Shown: positions 35,673-43,893 of the stretch, in pieces
Layout of the letters: every line of letters starts with the position of its first letter
Position numbering within the stretch: the stretch's first letter is position 1
Source: Ideonella sp.
GTDB taxonomy: Bacteria > Pseudomonadota > Gammaproteobacteria > Burkholderiales > Burkholderiaceae_C
NCBI GenBank assembly: GCA_039807955.1
Contig: JBDHSE010000001.1
Span: 1-43,893, forward strand
Direction: 5' to 3'
Length of the DNA: 43,893 nt
The notes under the pieces: model-generated
The model's database searches: none
Seen by the model: the letters and a program-made list of their open reading frames with translations, nothing else
What the model was told of the DNA's origin: nothing
Position numbers and translations under genes: made by a program

Positions 35673-36728
35673 ATGCCGATCGCGACCATCAACGGAGTCG
35701 GACTCAACTACGTCCAGCTGGACGACGGGGGCGGGTCCGCGCGCGAAGATCTCGTCATGGTGCATGGCCTGGCCACCAACATGGCGTTCTGGTACTTCCG
35801 CTACGGCCTCGCGCTGTCCAAGCGGTTTCGCGTCACGCTGTACGACCTGCGCGGGCACGGTCGTTCGGAGATGCCGGCGTCGGGCTATTCACCGCGCGTC
35901 CTCGCCGGCGACCTGGCGGGCCTGATGGACCACCTCGGTATCGACAAGGCGCATCTGATGGCGCACAGCTTCGGTGGCGTCGTCGCGCTGAACTTCGCCT
36001 GTGCCCGGCCCGAACGGGTGCGCAGCCTGGTCCTTGCCGACAGCCATTTCTCGGCCGGCCGCGAGGCGCAGGAGCGCGAGGCGTGGAGCTTCAGCCAGAA
36101 GGTCCAACCGGTGCTCGACCGCATGGGGGCGGGGCTTTCGACCAGCGATCCGTACTTCGGCCCCAAGCTGCTGACCCGCGTTGCCGAGTGGCAGCTGCAC
36201 GGCAAGGAGGTGCCGGCCGAGCTCGTCGATCTGGTCAGCCCGCTCCTGGGCCGGAGCGGCAAGCGCAGCTCGGCCGCGTGGCTGCAACTGATGAACACGA
36301 CCTCGGCCGAAGCCGAGATGCTCAGCGACGACGGGCTATCGCTCGAGCGCCTGCGCGAGCTGCACTTCCCGATCATCGCGATGTACGGCGACCATTCGCC
36401 GGCCCGGCTCTCGGGCGCCGAGCTGCTGGCGATCTGGCCGCATGCCGAGTTCCAGCGCGTGCGCGACGCCGGCCACTTCTTCCCGACCTTGCGTCCCGAA
36501 GAAGTCCTGTCGGCGTGTCTTCGTTTCTGGGGCGGCGAGTTCGCGGCGACGCCGCGCCGCTATCGCCGCGGCGAAGCCCGGCGCAGCTACTTCCGCAGCG
36601 ACCGCATCTTCCGCGCCGACAACGGCTGGCATTTCACGACGCGCGACGAGAACCGGATTGGCCCGTTCAGCACGCGCGAGGAAGCCGGCAAGGCGCTGGA
36701 TCGCTTCATCTCGACGCTGGACGCGTGA
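35673..36728 (+). CDS. Alpha/beta-fold hydrolase with an approximately 65-aa basic/aromatic C-terminal extension
   Basis: Motifs VMVHGLA, LRGHGRS, nucleophile elbow AHSFGG and the catalytic His region DAGHFFP. The C-terminal tail is RRSYFRSDRIFRADNGWHFTTRDENRIGPFSTREEAGKAL. Confidence 0.8.
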   Translation: MPIATINGVGLNYVQLDDGGGSAREDLVMVHGLATNMAFWYFRYGLALSKRFRVTLYDLRGHGRSEMPASGYSPRVLAGDLAGLMDHLGIDKAHLMAHSFGGVVALNFACARPERVRSLVLADSHFSAGREAQEREAWSFSQKVQPVLDRMGAGLSTSDPYFGPKLLTRVAEWQLHGKEVPAELVDLVSPLLGRSGKRSSAAWLQLMNTTSAEAEMLSDDGLSLERLRELHFPIIAMYGDHSPARLSGAELLAIWPHAEFQRVRDAGHFFPTLRPEEVLSACLRFWGGEFAATPRRYRRGEARRSYFRSDRIFRADNGWHFTTRDENRIGPFSTREEAGKALDRFISTLDA

Positions 36729-38212
36729 TGGTGGCGGTGGCGAACCGGCTCGGGGTGCGCCCCGGGCTGAGCCGGGAACACTTCAAGCTGATCGCCTATG
36801 GCGGCTTCGGCGACGGCCACAACTCGTACGCGCACTCGATGGTCTGGTTCGACGGCCGCCTGTACGTGAGCACGATCCGCGGCGCGTTCGCCCTCATGCG
36901 CAAGCGCCACGCCGGCAGTCTCGGGCTGGACGTGTGGCCGGTCGAGGGGCCGGTGGACCCGTTCGACCTCGACCTGTGCGCCGAGATCTGGGCCTACGAT
37001 CCGCGCATCGACCGCTGGGAGCGCGCCTACAAGTCGCCGATGATCGTCGGCAGCGACGGCCAGCGCATCCCGCGCGAGGTCAGCTATCGCGCGATGGCGG
37101 TGCACGTCGAGCCGGCGACCGGCAAGCCCGTGCTGTACGTCTGCACCTGGTCGCCGGCAAAGGGGCCGGGGCCGATCATCCTGCGCTCCGAAGACGGACG
37201 CCGCTTCGAGCAGACCTGCGAGCCGGGCCTCGTCGGGCTGCCGGTGACGACGATCCGCTCGCTCGTCTCGTTCAAGGGCATGCTTTTCACGACGCCGGCC
37301 GGCGCGCGCGGCGGCAACCAGAACATCTCGGGCCACGTCGTGGTCTACGGCAGCCGCGACCCGGCAGCCGGCCAGTGGGAGCCGGTCACCGACTTCGCTT
37401 TCGGCGACCTGAGCAACAAGTCGGTGCACGAACTCTGCGCCTGGGGCGACCACCTCTACGCCGGCACCCTCAATCACGAGGGCTTCCAGCTCTGGCGCAG
37501 CCGCTGCGAAGGCGAGCCGCCGTACGCGTGGGAGCGCGTGCTGACGCGCGGCGCCTGGCGCGGGCCCGAGAACCAGGGCGTGCTCAGCATGGCGCCGTTC
37601 AAGGGGTCGCTCTACATCGGCACCGGCATCCAGGGCGGCGGCATCGACAAGCTCAACAAGATCGGCCCGGCCGCGGCCGAGCTGATGCGGCTCAACGCCG
37701 ACCTCAGCTGGGACCTGATCGTCGGCGAGCCGCGCGACACGCCCGATGGCCGCAAGGAGCCGCTGTCGGGCCGGCGCGCCGGATTCGACGACTTCTTCAA
37801 CGGCTACATGTGGCGCATGTGCGAGCACGAGGGATGGCTCTACGTGAGCACCTTCGAGTGGAGCGCCTGGCTCGGCTACGTCAAGCACAGCCGCTGGCCC
37901 GGCGCGTTCGCCAGGCTGCTCGCCTACGTCACGCCCAAGACCATGTTCGACAACGGCGCCGGCTTCGACCTGTACCGCAGCAACGACGGCGTCAACTGGG
38001 TGCCCGTCACGACCAACGGCATGGGCAATCCGTACAACATGGGCCTGAGGACGCTCGAATCGACGCCCTACGGGCTGTTCCTCGGCACCGCGAACCCCTG
38101 GGGGCCGAAGGTAATGCCGCTCGACGGCGACGAGTATGTCTTCAATCCGCGCGGCGGATGCGAGGTGTTCCTCGGTCGATCGCCGGATAAGGTGAGCCGG
38201 GAATCGGGCTGA
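36728..38212 (+). CDS. Conserved hypothetical protein, BNR/Asp-box-like beta-propeller
   Basis: Recurrent strand motifs are present. Asp-box-like S-x-D-G-x-x-(W/F) occurs at RSEDGRRFE and RSNDGVNWV. The start overlaps the upstream stop (GTGATG at 36725-36730). Confidence 0.65.
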   Translation: MVAVANRLGVRPGLSREHFKLIAYGGFGDGHNSYAHSMVWFDGRLYVSTIRGAFALMRKRHAGSLGLDVWPVEGPVDPFDLDLCAEIWAYDPRIDRWERAYKSPMIVGSDGQRIPREVSYRAMAVHVEPATGKPVLYVCTWSPAKGPGPIILRSEDGRRFEQTCEPGLVGLPVTTIRSLVSFKGMLFTTPAGARGGNQNISGHVVVYGSRDPAAGQWEPVTDFAFGDLSNKSVHELCAWGDHLYAGTLNHEGFQLWRSRCEGEPPYAWERVLTRGAWRGPENQGVLSMAPFKGSLYIGTGIQGGGIDKLNKIGPAAAELMRLNADLSWDLIVGEPRDTPDGRKEPLSGRRAGFDDFFNGYMWRMCEHEGWLYVSTFEWSAWLGYVKHSRWPGAFARLLAYVTPKTMFDNGAGFDLYRSNDGVNWVPVTTNGMGNPYNMGLRTLESTPYGLFLGTANPWGPKVMPLDGDEYVFNPRGGCEVFLGRSPDKVSRESG

Positions 38213-38350
38213 GCGTTGGGCAGACCGGCATGGCTCGCGGCACTCGCGGCGGCGCGATCGGCTGCCGTGAACGGGGATCGGCTGCGCGAAAACCGGCTCG
38301 ATCGCACGGCACGACCCGAGCCCGACGATCCATCGGCTCCGCGCCATCCG

Positions 38351-39148
38351 ATGACTGCAGGCGGAGCGTTCGAGTTGCCGCCCGGTGCCACCGTCGAGCG
38401 CGACGTCCGCTACGGGCCAGACCCGGCTCAGGCAATCGACATCTACCGACCGGCACAGGCCGATGGCGTGCCGGTGATGCTGATCGTCCACGGCGGCGCG
38501 TGGAGCCGCGGCGACAAGGGCCTGCTGCGCAGCGTGCGCAACAAGGTCTTGCACTGGGTCGGCCGCGGCTGCGTGCTCGTCTCGGCGAACTACCGCATGC
38601 TGCCGCAGGCCCGTCCGCTGGAGCAGGCCGACGACGTGGCGCGCGCGCTTGCTTTCGTCCAGCGCCAAGCGCGCGACTGGGGCGCCGACGGTTCGCGGGT
38701 CGTGTTGATCGGGCATTCGGCGGGCGCCCATCTGGTGTCGCTGCTCGCCGCCGATCCGCGGATCGGCGCGCGGGCCGGCGTCGAGCCCTGGCGCGCCACG
38801 ATCAGCATCGACAGCGCCGCGTTCGATCTGGTCCGGATCATGACGCGCAGGCACTTCGGCTTCTACGACCGGGCATTCGGCGCCGACCCCGCCGACTGGC
38901 GCGAGGCCTCGCCGTTTCACCGGCTGCAATCGCCGCCGGAAGCGCCGTGGCTCGTGGTGTGTTCCTCGCTGCGCGGGGATTCGTGCCCGCAGGCGCAGGC
39001 GTTTGCCGCCAAGGCCGCTGTCCTCGGTGGGAACGTTACGGTGCTCGAGGTCGCGCTGTCGCACGCCGACCTGAACGACCTGCTCGGCGCGCCCGGCGCC
39101 TACACCGACGCGGTGGATGCCTTCCTGCGGACGCAGGCCCTGCCCTGA
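38351..39148 (+). CDS. Alpha/beta hydrolase (esterase/lipase-type, HGG class)
   Basis: IVHGGAW oxyanion motif and nucleophile elbow GHSAGA. The start is uncertain. TTG 38216 and GTG 38267 are in frame upstream, but GC3 bias is weaker there. Confidence 0.7.
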   Translation: MTAGGAFELPPGATVERDVRYGPDPAQAIDIYRPAQADGVPVMLIVHGGAWSRGDKGLLRSVRNKVLHWVGRGCVLVSANYRMLPQARPLEQADDVARALAFVQRQARDWGADGSRVVLIGHSAGAHLVSLLAADPRIGARAGVEPWRATISIDSAAFDLVRIMTRRHFGFYDRAFGADPADWREASPFHRLQSPPEAPWLVVCSSLRGDSCPQAQAFAAKAAVLGGNVTVLEVALSHADLNDLLGAPGAYTDAVDAFLRTQALP

Positions 39149-39441
39149 TTCGCGTCGCCGAGCAAGCAAGCGTTCGTCCGCGGTGGGGTGCCTTCGGGCA
39201 TGGGGCACAATGGACCTTGATCCCGCCGCAAGGGATTCCAAACGCGTGGCGAAGGCCGCGGCAAGCGACCTGCCGCAGCCACCGCCGGACACGACGGGCC
39301 ATGGCCTCGTCAGCGGCCGCGACATGCCGCTTGCGGTGATCGCAGCGACGCTTGATCGACGGCCTTGCTGACCGCTGTCAAACCCTTGCCGCGGACACCC
39401 TATTAGCCTGCCCGACACACTTCAGGAGACCAGGAGACACG

Positions 39442-42399
39442 ATGACCGAAACGACCCGCAGCCGAACGCCCAAGGGCACCTTGCCCGCCCTCGCACCGCA
39501 GCTCATCACCGACGAGGTACTGCTCGAAAAATACGCCAAGGGCGACGAGAAGACCGCCGACGACATCCGGCTGCGCGTCGCGCGCGCGCTGGCGCAGGTC
39601 GAGACGCCCGAGCAGCGCGCCGCATGGGAGGCGCGCTTCCTCGACGCCCAGCAGCGCGGCTTCGTGCCGGCGGGGCGGATCAGCTCGGCGGCCGGCACGG
39701 CGCTTTCGGCAACCCTCATCAACTGCTTCGTGCAGCCGGTCGGCGATTCGATCGCGACCGACGAGGAGGGTCACCCCGGCATCTACACCGCGCTGACCGA
39801 AGCGGCGGAGACGATGCGCCGCGGCGGCGGCGTCGGCTACGACTTCTCGCGCATCCGCCCGCGCGGCGCGTGGGTCGGCAGCACGCAATCGAACGCGTCC
39901 GGGCCGGTGAGCTACATGCGTGTCTTCGACCGCAGCTGCGAGACGGTCGAGAGCGCCGGCAGCCGGCGCGGCGCGCAGATGGGCGTGCTGCGCTGTGACC
40001 ACCCCGACGTCGAGGAGTTCATCCACGCCAAGGACAGCGGCGACCTGAAGAACTTCAACATCTCGGTCGGCGTCACCGACGCTTTCATGCGCGCGGTGCG
40101 CGACGACACCGACATCGAGCTCGTCCATCGCGCCGAGCCCGGCCCGGGGCAGAAGGCCGACGGCGCCTACCAGCGCGACGACGGCATGTGGGTCTTTCGC
40201 AAGCTGCCGGCGCGCGCGCTGTGGCAGCAGATCATGCAATCGACCTACGACCACGCCGAGCCCGGCGTACTGTTCCTCGACCGCATCAACACCGACAACA
40301 ACCTGCGCTACTGCGAGACGATCTCGTCCACGAATCCTTGCGGCGAACAGCCGCTGCCCGCCTACGGCTGCTGCTGTCTCGGCTCGATCGACCTGACGCG
40401 CTTCGTTCGCGCGCCGTTCGAGGCCGACGCGGGTTTCGACGACGCGGCGTTCGCCGAGGTCGTTCGCGTCGCGGTGCGCATGCTCGACAACGTGCTCGAT
40501 GTGAGCGTGTGGCCGCTGCCGCAGCAGCTCGCCGAGGCGCGCAGCAAGCGGCGCATCGGCCTCGGCTTCACCGGCCTCGGCGACGCGCTCGTCATGCTCG
40601 GCCTGCGCTACGACGAGGCGCCGGCGCGCGCCTTCGCGGCGAAGGTCGCCGAGACGATGCGCAACCTCGCCTACGAGGCGTCGGTCGAGCTGGCGAAGGA
40701 GCGCGGCGCGTTCCCGCTCTTCAACGCCGACCTGTACCTCGCGAGCGGAAATTTCGCGTCGCGCCTGCCGGCGGCGTTGAAGGAGCGCATCCGCGCCCAC
40801 GGCCTGCGCAACTCGCATCTGCTGTCGATCGCGCCGACCGGCACCATCAGCCTTGCCTTCGCCGACAACGCGAGCAACGGCATCGAGCCGGCCTTCAGCT
40901 GGAGCTACAAGCGCAAGAAGCGCGAGCCCGACGGCACCTTCAAGGAGTACGCGGTCGAGGACCACGCGTGGCGGCTCTACCACCACCTGAAGGGCAAGGA
41001 CGCCGAACTCACGCCGGCCTTCGTCACCGCGCTCGAGATGAGCGCGCAGGCGCACGCCGAGATGGTCGCCGCGGTCGCGCCGTTCGTCGACACCGCGATC
41101 TCGAAGACCGTCAACGTCCCGGCCGACTATCCGTTCGAGGACTTCAAGAACCTCTACCTGCAGGCCTGGGAGAAGGGCCTGAAGGGCCTCGCGACCTACC
41201 GCCCGAACGCGGTGCTCGGCTCGGTGCTGAGCGTCGAGGCGCAGCCCGCGCCGCTCGTCGCACAGGGCGCCAACGAACGCCTCGCGCTCGACCGCCTGCC
41301 GGCGCCGGTGCTCGCGTCGCTGCGCTGGCCGGGCCGGCCCGACCTGGCCGCCGGCAACTCGGCCTGGACCTACATGATCCAGCATCCGCACGGCGACTTC
41401 GCGCTCTTCGTCGGCGAATTGCCGATCGAGCGGCGCGAGCCGTCCGACGCCGCGCAGGCGCGCGAGCAGGCCGCCGAGCGGCGCGAAGGCGCTAACGGCC
41501 GCAACGTGCCGATGCGCCCGTTCGAGGTCTGGGTCAACGGCGCCGAGCAGCCGCGCGGCCTGGGCGCGATGGCCAAGACGCTGTCGATGGACCTGCGCAC
41601 CAACGACGCCGCCTGGCTGCGCCTGAAGCTCGACGCGCTGGCCACCGTCGCCGAGGAGCGCGCGTTCGAGATGCCGGTGCCGCCGTTCGGCGAGAAGCGC
41701 ATGTTCCCCGGCGTCGTCGCGGCCACCGCGGCGGTGATCCGCTGGCGCTGCGAGCAACTCGGCGCGCTCGCCGAGGGCGGGCCGACGCCGGTGATGGACG
41801 CGCTCTTCAGCCTCGACGAGCCGCGCACCGGCCCGTCCGGCACGCTCGCCTGGTCGGTCGACATCGACAACCCGGCGTCGGGCGAGTCGCTGACCCTCAC
41901 GCTCAAGGAGATCACGCTGCCCGGCCCCGACGGCACCCCCGTCACGCGGCCCTGCGCGCTCGCGTTCTCGGGCAACTACCCGCGCGCGCTCGACGGCCTG
42001 GCGCGCATCCTCTCGCTCGACATGCGCGTCGTCGATCCGGCGTGGATCGGCATGAAGCTGAGGAAGCTCCTGAACTACGCCGAGCCGCTCGGCCACTTCA
42101 TGGCCTTCGTGCCGACGCTGCCCGGCAGCCCGCGCCGCCAGCAGATCTGGCCCTCGACCGTCGCCTACATGGCGCGCCTGCTGATCCACCGCTACGCGAT
42201 GCTCGGCGTGCTCAACGAAGAGGGCTTTCCGCTGCGCGAGATGGGCGTCCTCGAATCGCCCGTCGCTTCCGCGAGCGGCGCGGTCGTGACGCAGGAACTC
42301 GCCGGCAGCCGCTGCCCCGAATGCGGCAACGCGACGCTGATCCACCGCGACGGCTGCGAGTTCTGCACCGCCTGCGGGTATGTGGGGCAGTGCGGGTGA
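39442..42399 (+). CDS. nrdJ: Adenosylcobalamin-dependent ribonucleotide reductase, class II
   Basis: Motifs [29 protein letters not shown] and SIAPTGTIS. The C-terminal Cys-rich tail is CPECG...CEFCTACG. A tandem CAGGAGAC-CAGGAGAC at 39423-39438 supplies the SD 5 nt from the ATG. Confidence 0.95.
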   Translation: MTETTRSRTPKGTLPALAPQLITDEVLLEKYAKGDEKTADDIRLRVARALAQVETPEQRAAWEARFLDAQQRGFVPAGRISSAAGTALSATLINCFVQPVGDSIATDEEGHPGIYTALTEAAETMRRGGGVGYDFSRIRPRGAWVGSTQSNASGPVSYMRVFDRSCETVESAGSRRGAQMGVLRCDHPDVEEFIHAKDSGDLKNFNISVGVTDAFMRAVRDDTDIELVHRAEPGPGQKADGAYQRDDGMWVFRKLPARALWQQIMQSTYDHAEPGVLFLDRINTDNNLRYCETISSTNPCGEQPLPAYGCCCLGSIDLTRFVRAPFEADAGFDDAAFAEVVRVAVRMLDNVLDVSVWPLPQQLAEARSKRRIGLGFTGLGDALVMLGLRYDEAPARAFAAKVAETMRNLAYEASVELAKERGAFPLFNADLYLASGNFASRLPAALKERIRAHGLRNSHLLSIAPTGTISLAFADNASNGIEPAFSWSYKRKKREPDGTFKEYAVEDHAWRLYHHLKGKDAELTPAFVTALEMSAQAHAEMVAAVAPFVDTAISKTVNVPADYPFEDFKNLYLQAWEKGLKGLATYRPNAVLGSVLSVEAQPAPLVAQGANERLALDRLPAPVLASLRWPGRPDLAAGNSAWTYMIQHPHGDFALFVGELPIERREPSDAAQAREQAAERREGANGRNVPMRPFEVWVNGAEQPRGLGAMAKTLSMDLRTNDAAWLRLKLDALATVAEERAFEMPVPPFGEKRMFPGVVAATAAVIRWRCEQLGALAEGGPTPVMDALFSLDEPRTGPSGTLAWSVDIDNPASGESLTLTLKEITLPGPDGTPVTRPCALAFSGNYPRALDGLARILSLDMRVVDPAWIGMKLRKLLNYAEPLGHFMAFVPTLPGSPRRQQIWPSTVAYMARLLIHRYAMLGVLNEEGFPLREMGVLESPVASASGAVVTQELAGSRCPECGNATLIHRDGCEFCTACGYVGQCG

Positions 42400-42444
42400 G
42401 CCTGCGCAGAGGACGCGTCGTGTGCCGCGCAGCAGCCATTGCTG

Positions 42445-42465
42445 CCGGCCGACGCCGGGGTTTTC
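42445..42465 (+). terminator. Weak intrinsic-terminator-like hairpin after nrdJ
   Basis: CCGGC-CGAC-GCCGG followed by GGTTTTC. The stem is only 5 bp. Confidence 0.3.
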
Positions 42466-42513
42466 AACGAGGCGAGTAGCATCGCCGGTACATTCGGATT
42501 GTGAGGAAGCAGC

Positions 42514-42786
42514 ATGAGCCTGTTCGAAACCATGAAGGGGGTGAAGATCCCCACGACCGACGAAGAGCGCAACGAGCTCGTCATCACCGAGGGCTCCAAC
42601 AGCTTCTGGAACTACCACTTGTCGCGGCGCGTGAACCACATGCGCGCGCTGTGCGGCGCGGCGACGCTGCCGACGGCGCTGCCGGTTTCGGCCTGGGGCG
42701 CGCCGGGGGAAGCAGGGCTGCCGAAGTCGCCGACGTATTGCCAGAAGTGCGCCGACATCGCGTGGCCGCCGGCTGAAACCAAGTAG
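42514..42786 (+). CDS. Small hypothetical protein (90 aa)
   Basis: ATG is preceded by GAGGAAG. Codon bias is reasonable. No family recognised. Confidence 0.45.
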   Translation: MSLFETMKGVKIPTTDEERNELVITEGSNSFWNYHLSRRVNHMRALCGAATLPTALPVSAWGAPGEAGLPKSPTYCQKCADIAWPPAETK

Positions 42787-42807
42787 GCGCGGCACGCCGC
42801 GCTGACG

Positions 42808-42826
42808 GCCTGCCGCCGGGGCAGGC
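42808..42826. terminator. Hairpin in the convergent intergenic gap (possible bidirectional terminator)
   Basis: GCCTGCC-GCCGG-GGCAGGC, a 7-bp stem with no U-tract. Confidence 0.3.
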
Positions 42827-42841
42827 GCTCGCACGAGCGAT

Positions 42842-43893
42842 CTACCCGGTGCCCGGGGCCGGGCCTGGCGCGGCCTTCTGCCGCAGCCACTGCGCGTGGC
42901 CGCGCACGGCGTCGATCAGGATCCATGTCGCGACGAGGAACGCGACCGACCAGCACGCCGCCGCGGCGACGAACAACTCGATGGCGCGGTCGGGCCACAG
43001 CGCGGCGGCGAAGCGGGCGATCGTCGCCAGCGCGACGAGCAGCGTGCCCCAGACGAGCCTGCGCTCGTCGGCGCCGGGGCGATGCGCGCGCGTCAGCATC
43101 GTGATCGTCATCACGTTGAACGTCAGCGTGCCGAGCGCGCCGACCGTCACAAGGTGCATCGCCGCGGTGCGCAGCGCGCCTTGCGCCGCCAGCGCGATGC
43201 CGAGCAGCCCGGCGCCGAGCCAGAGGTAGCCGGCGCCCAGGCACCACAGGTCCGGCCGGCCCTTGCACGCCCACAGCCGCCAGCGCGCCAGCCGCACGAA
43301 GGCAAGCGCACCCGCGACCGCGCAGGCGAGCTGCGTCGCCGCGACGAGCGGCGTAAACGGCGCGCTGCCGACGGCCAACGCCATCGCGACGAGGATCGTG
43401 CCCTCGATGCGCGGCTGCACCCGCGCGTCGAGCGCCGCGCCCTGGCGGTAGAACTGCCCGGCCGCGGCGGGGGCGATGATGCGACCGCCCATGAACAGCA
43501 TCAGCGCCGCGAGCGCGAGGACGACGGCGAGCGCGATCTCGTGCGCCGACGCCGCACCGAGCGCGAACGCGGCGATGTCGAACGCGACCGCGGCGGCGCA
43601 CAGCGCGCTGATGATCAGCGGCAGCGCCTGGTTGCGCAGCTTCTTCGCGGCCCGAAACATCCGCGGCGTGGCGTAGAGGCCGAGCGCGGCGACGAAGGCG
43701 ATGTCGAACGCCGCCGCGGCGAGGCCGCCGAAGCCGATGAACGCGAGCCGCGCGAGCAGCCAGATCGCGAGCAACGCCCAGCGCCGCGCGGCCGACAGCG
43801 CGCCGAGCTGGTTGCCGGCGACGACCGCGAGCGCATAGCCCAGCAGCATCTCGTGCGCATGGCCGAGCGGCGTCGCCAGCGGCGCCGGCCCGG
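42842..43893 (-). CDS. nnrS: NnrS family heme/copper membrane protein (N-terminus lies beyond the window edge)
   Basis: Polytopic and rich in Ala, Leu and Gly. The frame continues upstream of the listed Met through ...LGHAHEMLLGY (the NnrS His motif) to the window end. Confidence 0.8.
   Translation of the reverse strand, partial: GPAPLATPLGHAHEMLLGYALAVVAGNQLGALSAARRWALLAIWLLARLAFIGFGGLAAAAFDIAFVAALGLYATPRMFRAAKKLRNQALPLIISALCAAAVAFDIAAFALGAASAHEIALAVVLALAALMLFMGGRIIAPAAAGQFYRQGAALDARVQPRIEGTILVAMALAVGSAPFTPLVAATQLACAVAGALAFVRLARWRLWACKGRPDLWCLGAGYLWLGAGLLGIALAAQGALRTAAMHLVTVGALGTLTFNVMTITMLTRAHRPGADERRLVWGTLLVALATIARFAAALWPDRAIELFVAAAACWSVAFLVATWILIDAVRGHAQWLRQKAAPGPAPGTG

Noticed and set aside
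39149-39441. Possible NrdR boxes or a cobalamin riboswitch in the nrdJ leader. CAGGAGACC resembles the core of the B12 box.
   Set aside because: I found no pair of 16-bp ACAC...GTGT palindromes. The B12-box-like string is just a tandemly duplicated SD (CAGGAGAC twice). The other conserved riboswitch elements do not line up, and B12 repression of a B12-dependent enzyme is not expected.
39403-42834. Antisense ORF of 1143 aa opposite nrdJ, and a 943-aa one at 36587-39418.
   Set aside because: The reasoning is the same. The opposite strand encodes an unmistakable class II RNR and hydrolase/propeller genes. The antisense products are compositionally biased.
1-43893. Mobile-element, phage, CRISPR, tRNA or defence-system signatures that could explain the accessory locus.
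   Set aside because: I saw no transposase, integrase or recombinase motifs, no repeat-spacer arrays, no tRNA-like cloverleaf candidates in the intergenic gaps, and no flanking direct repeats. Base composition looks uniform apart from 20.6-20.9 kb. There is no direct evidence for recent horizontal insertion.

Overview
This is a GC-rich chromosomal window from a proteobacterium, possibly a beta-proteobacterium (tentative guess from gene content). I saw no rRNA, tRNA, CRISPR array, transposase or integrase.

Conserved genes for anaerobic or low-oxygen life sit at both ends. On the left are ubiV and ubiT (O2-independent ubiquinone synthesis), with a TPP-dependent 2-keto-acid decarboxylase whose start overlaps the end of ubiT, followed by a lipoprotein built from three DUF11-like repeats. 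On the right are the B12-dependent class II ribonucleotide reductase nrdJ, a small unknown ORF, and a truncated nnrS.

Between them, at about 4.9-39.1 kb, lies the main item: an accessory locus centred on two translationally coupled giant synthase genes related to PUFA synthases.
- Synthase 1 reads ER-like / ER / KS / AT / ACP / KR / DH.
- Synthase 2 reads KS / atypical AT / DH / fused PPTase.
- An upstream co-directional operon encodes an NPP-fold enzyme, a sulfotransferase, an unknown 138-aa protein, a NodT outer-membrane channel, an unusual HlyD adaptor fused to a polytopic membrane domain, a SAM methyltransferase, a discrete ACP and an in-frame tandem double SDR.
- Downstream genes encode a second NPP-fold enzyme, two alpha/beta hydrolases and a BNR-like propeller protein.
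- The two halves are separated by a 6-kb island of five secreted or lipoprotein genes arranged as a mirror image of two divergent paralogous modules.

I could not assign this synthase locus to any characterised product class. It looks like a tailored 'secondary lipid' pathway, possibly producing a sulfated or methylated lipid that is exported. All family assignments come from motifs I read in the translations. None has been checked by HMM or BLAST.
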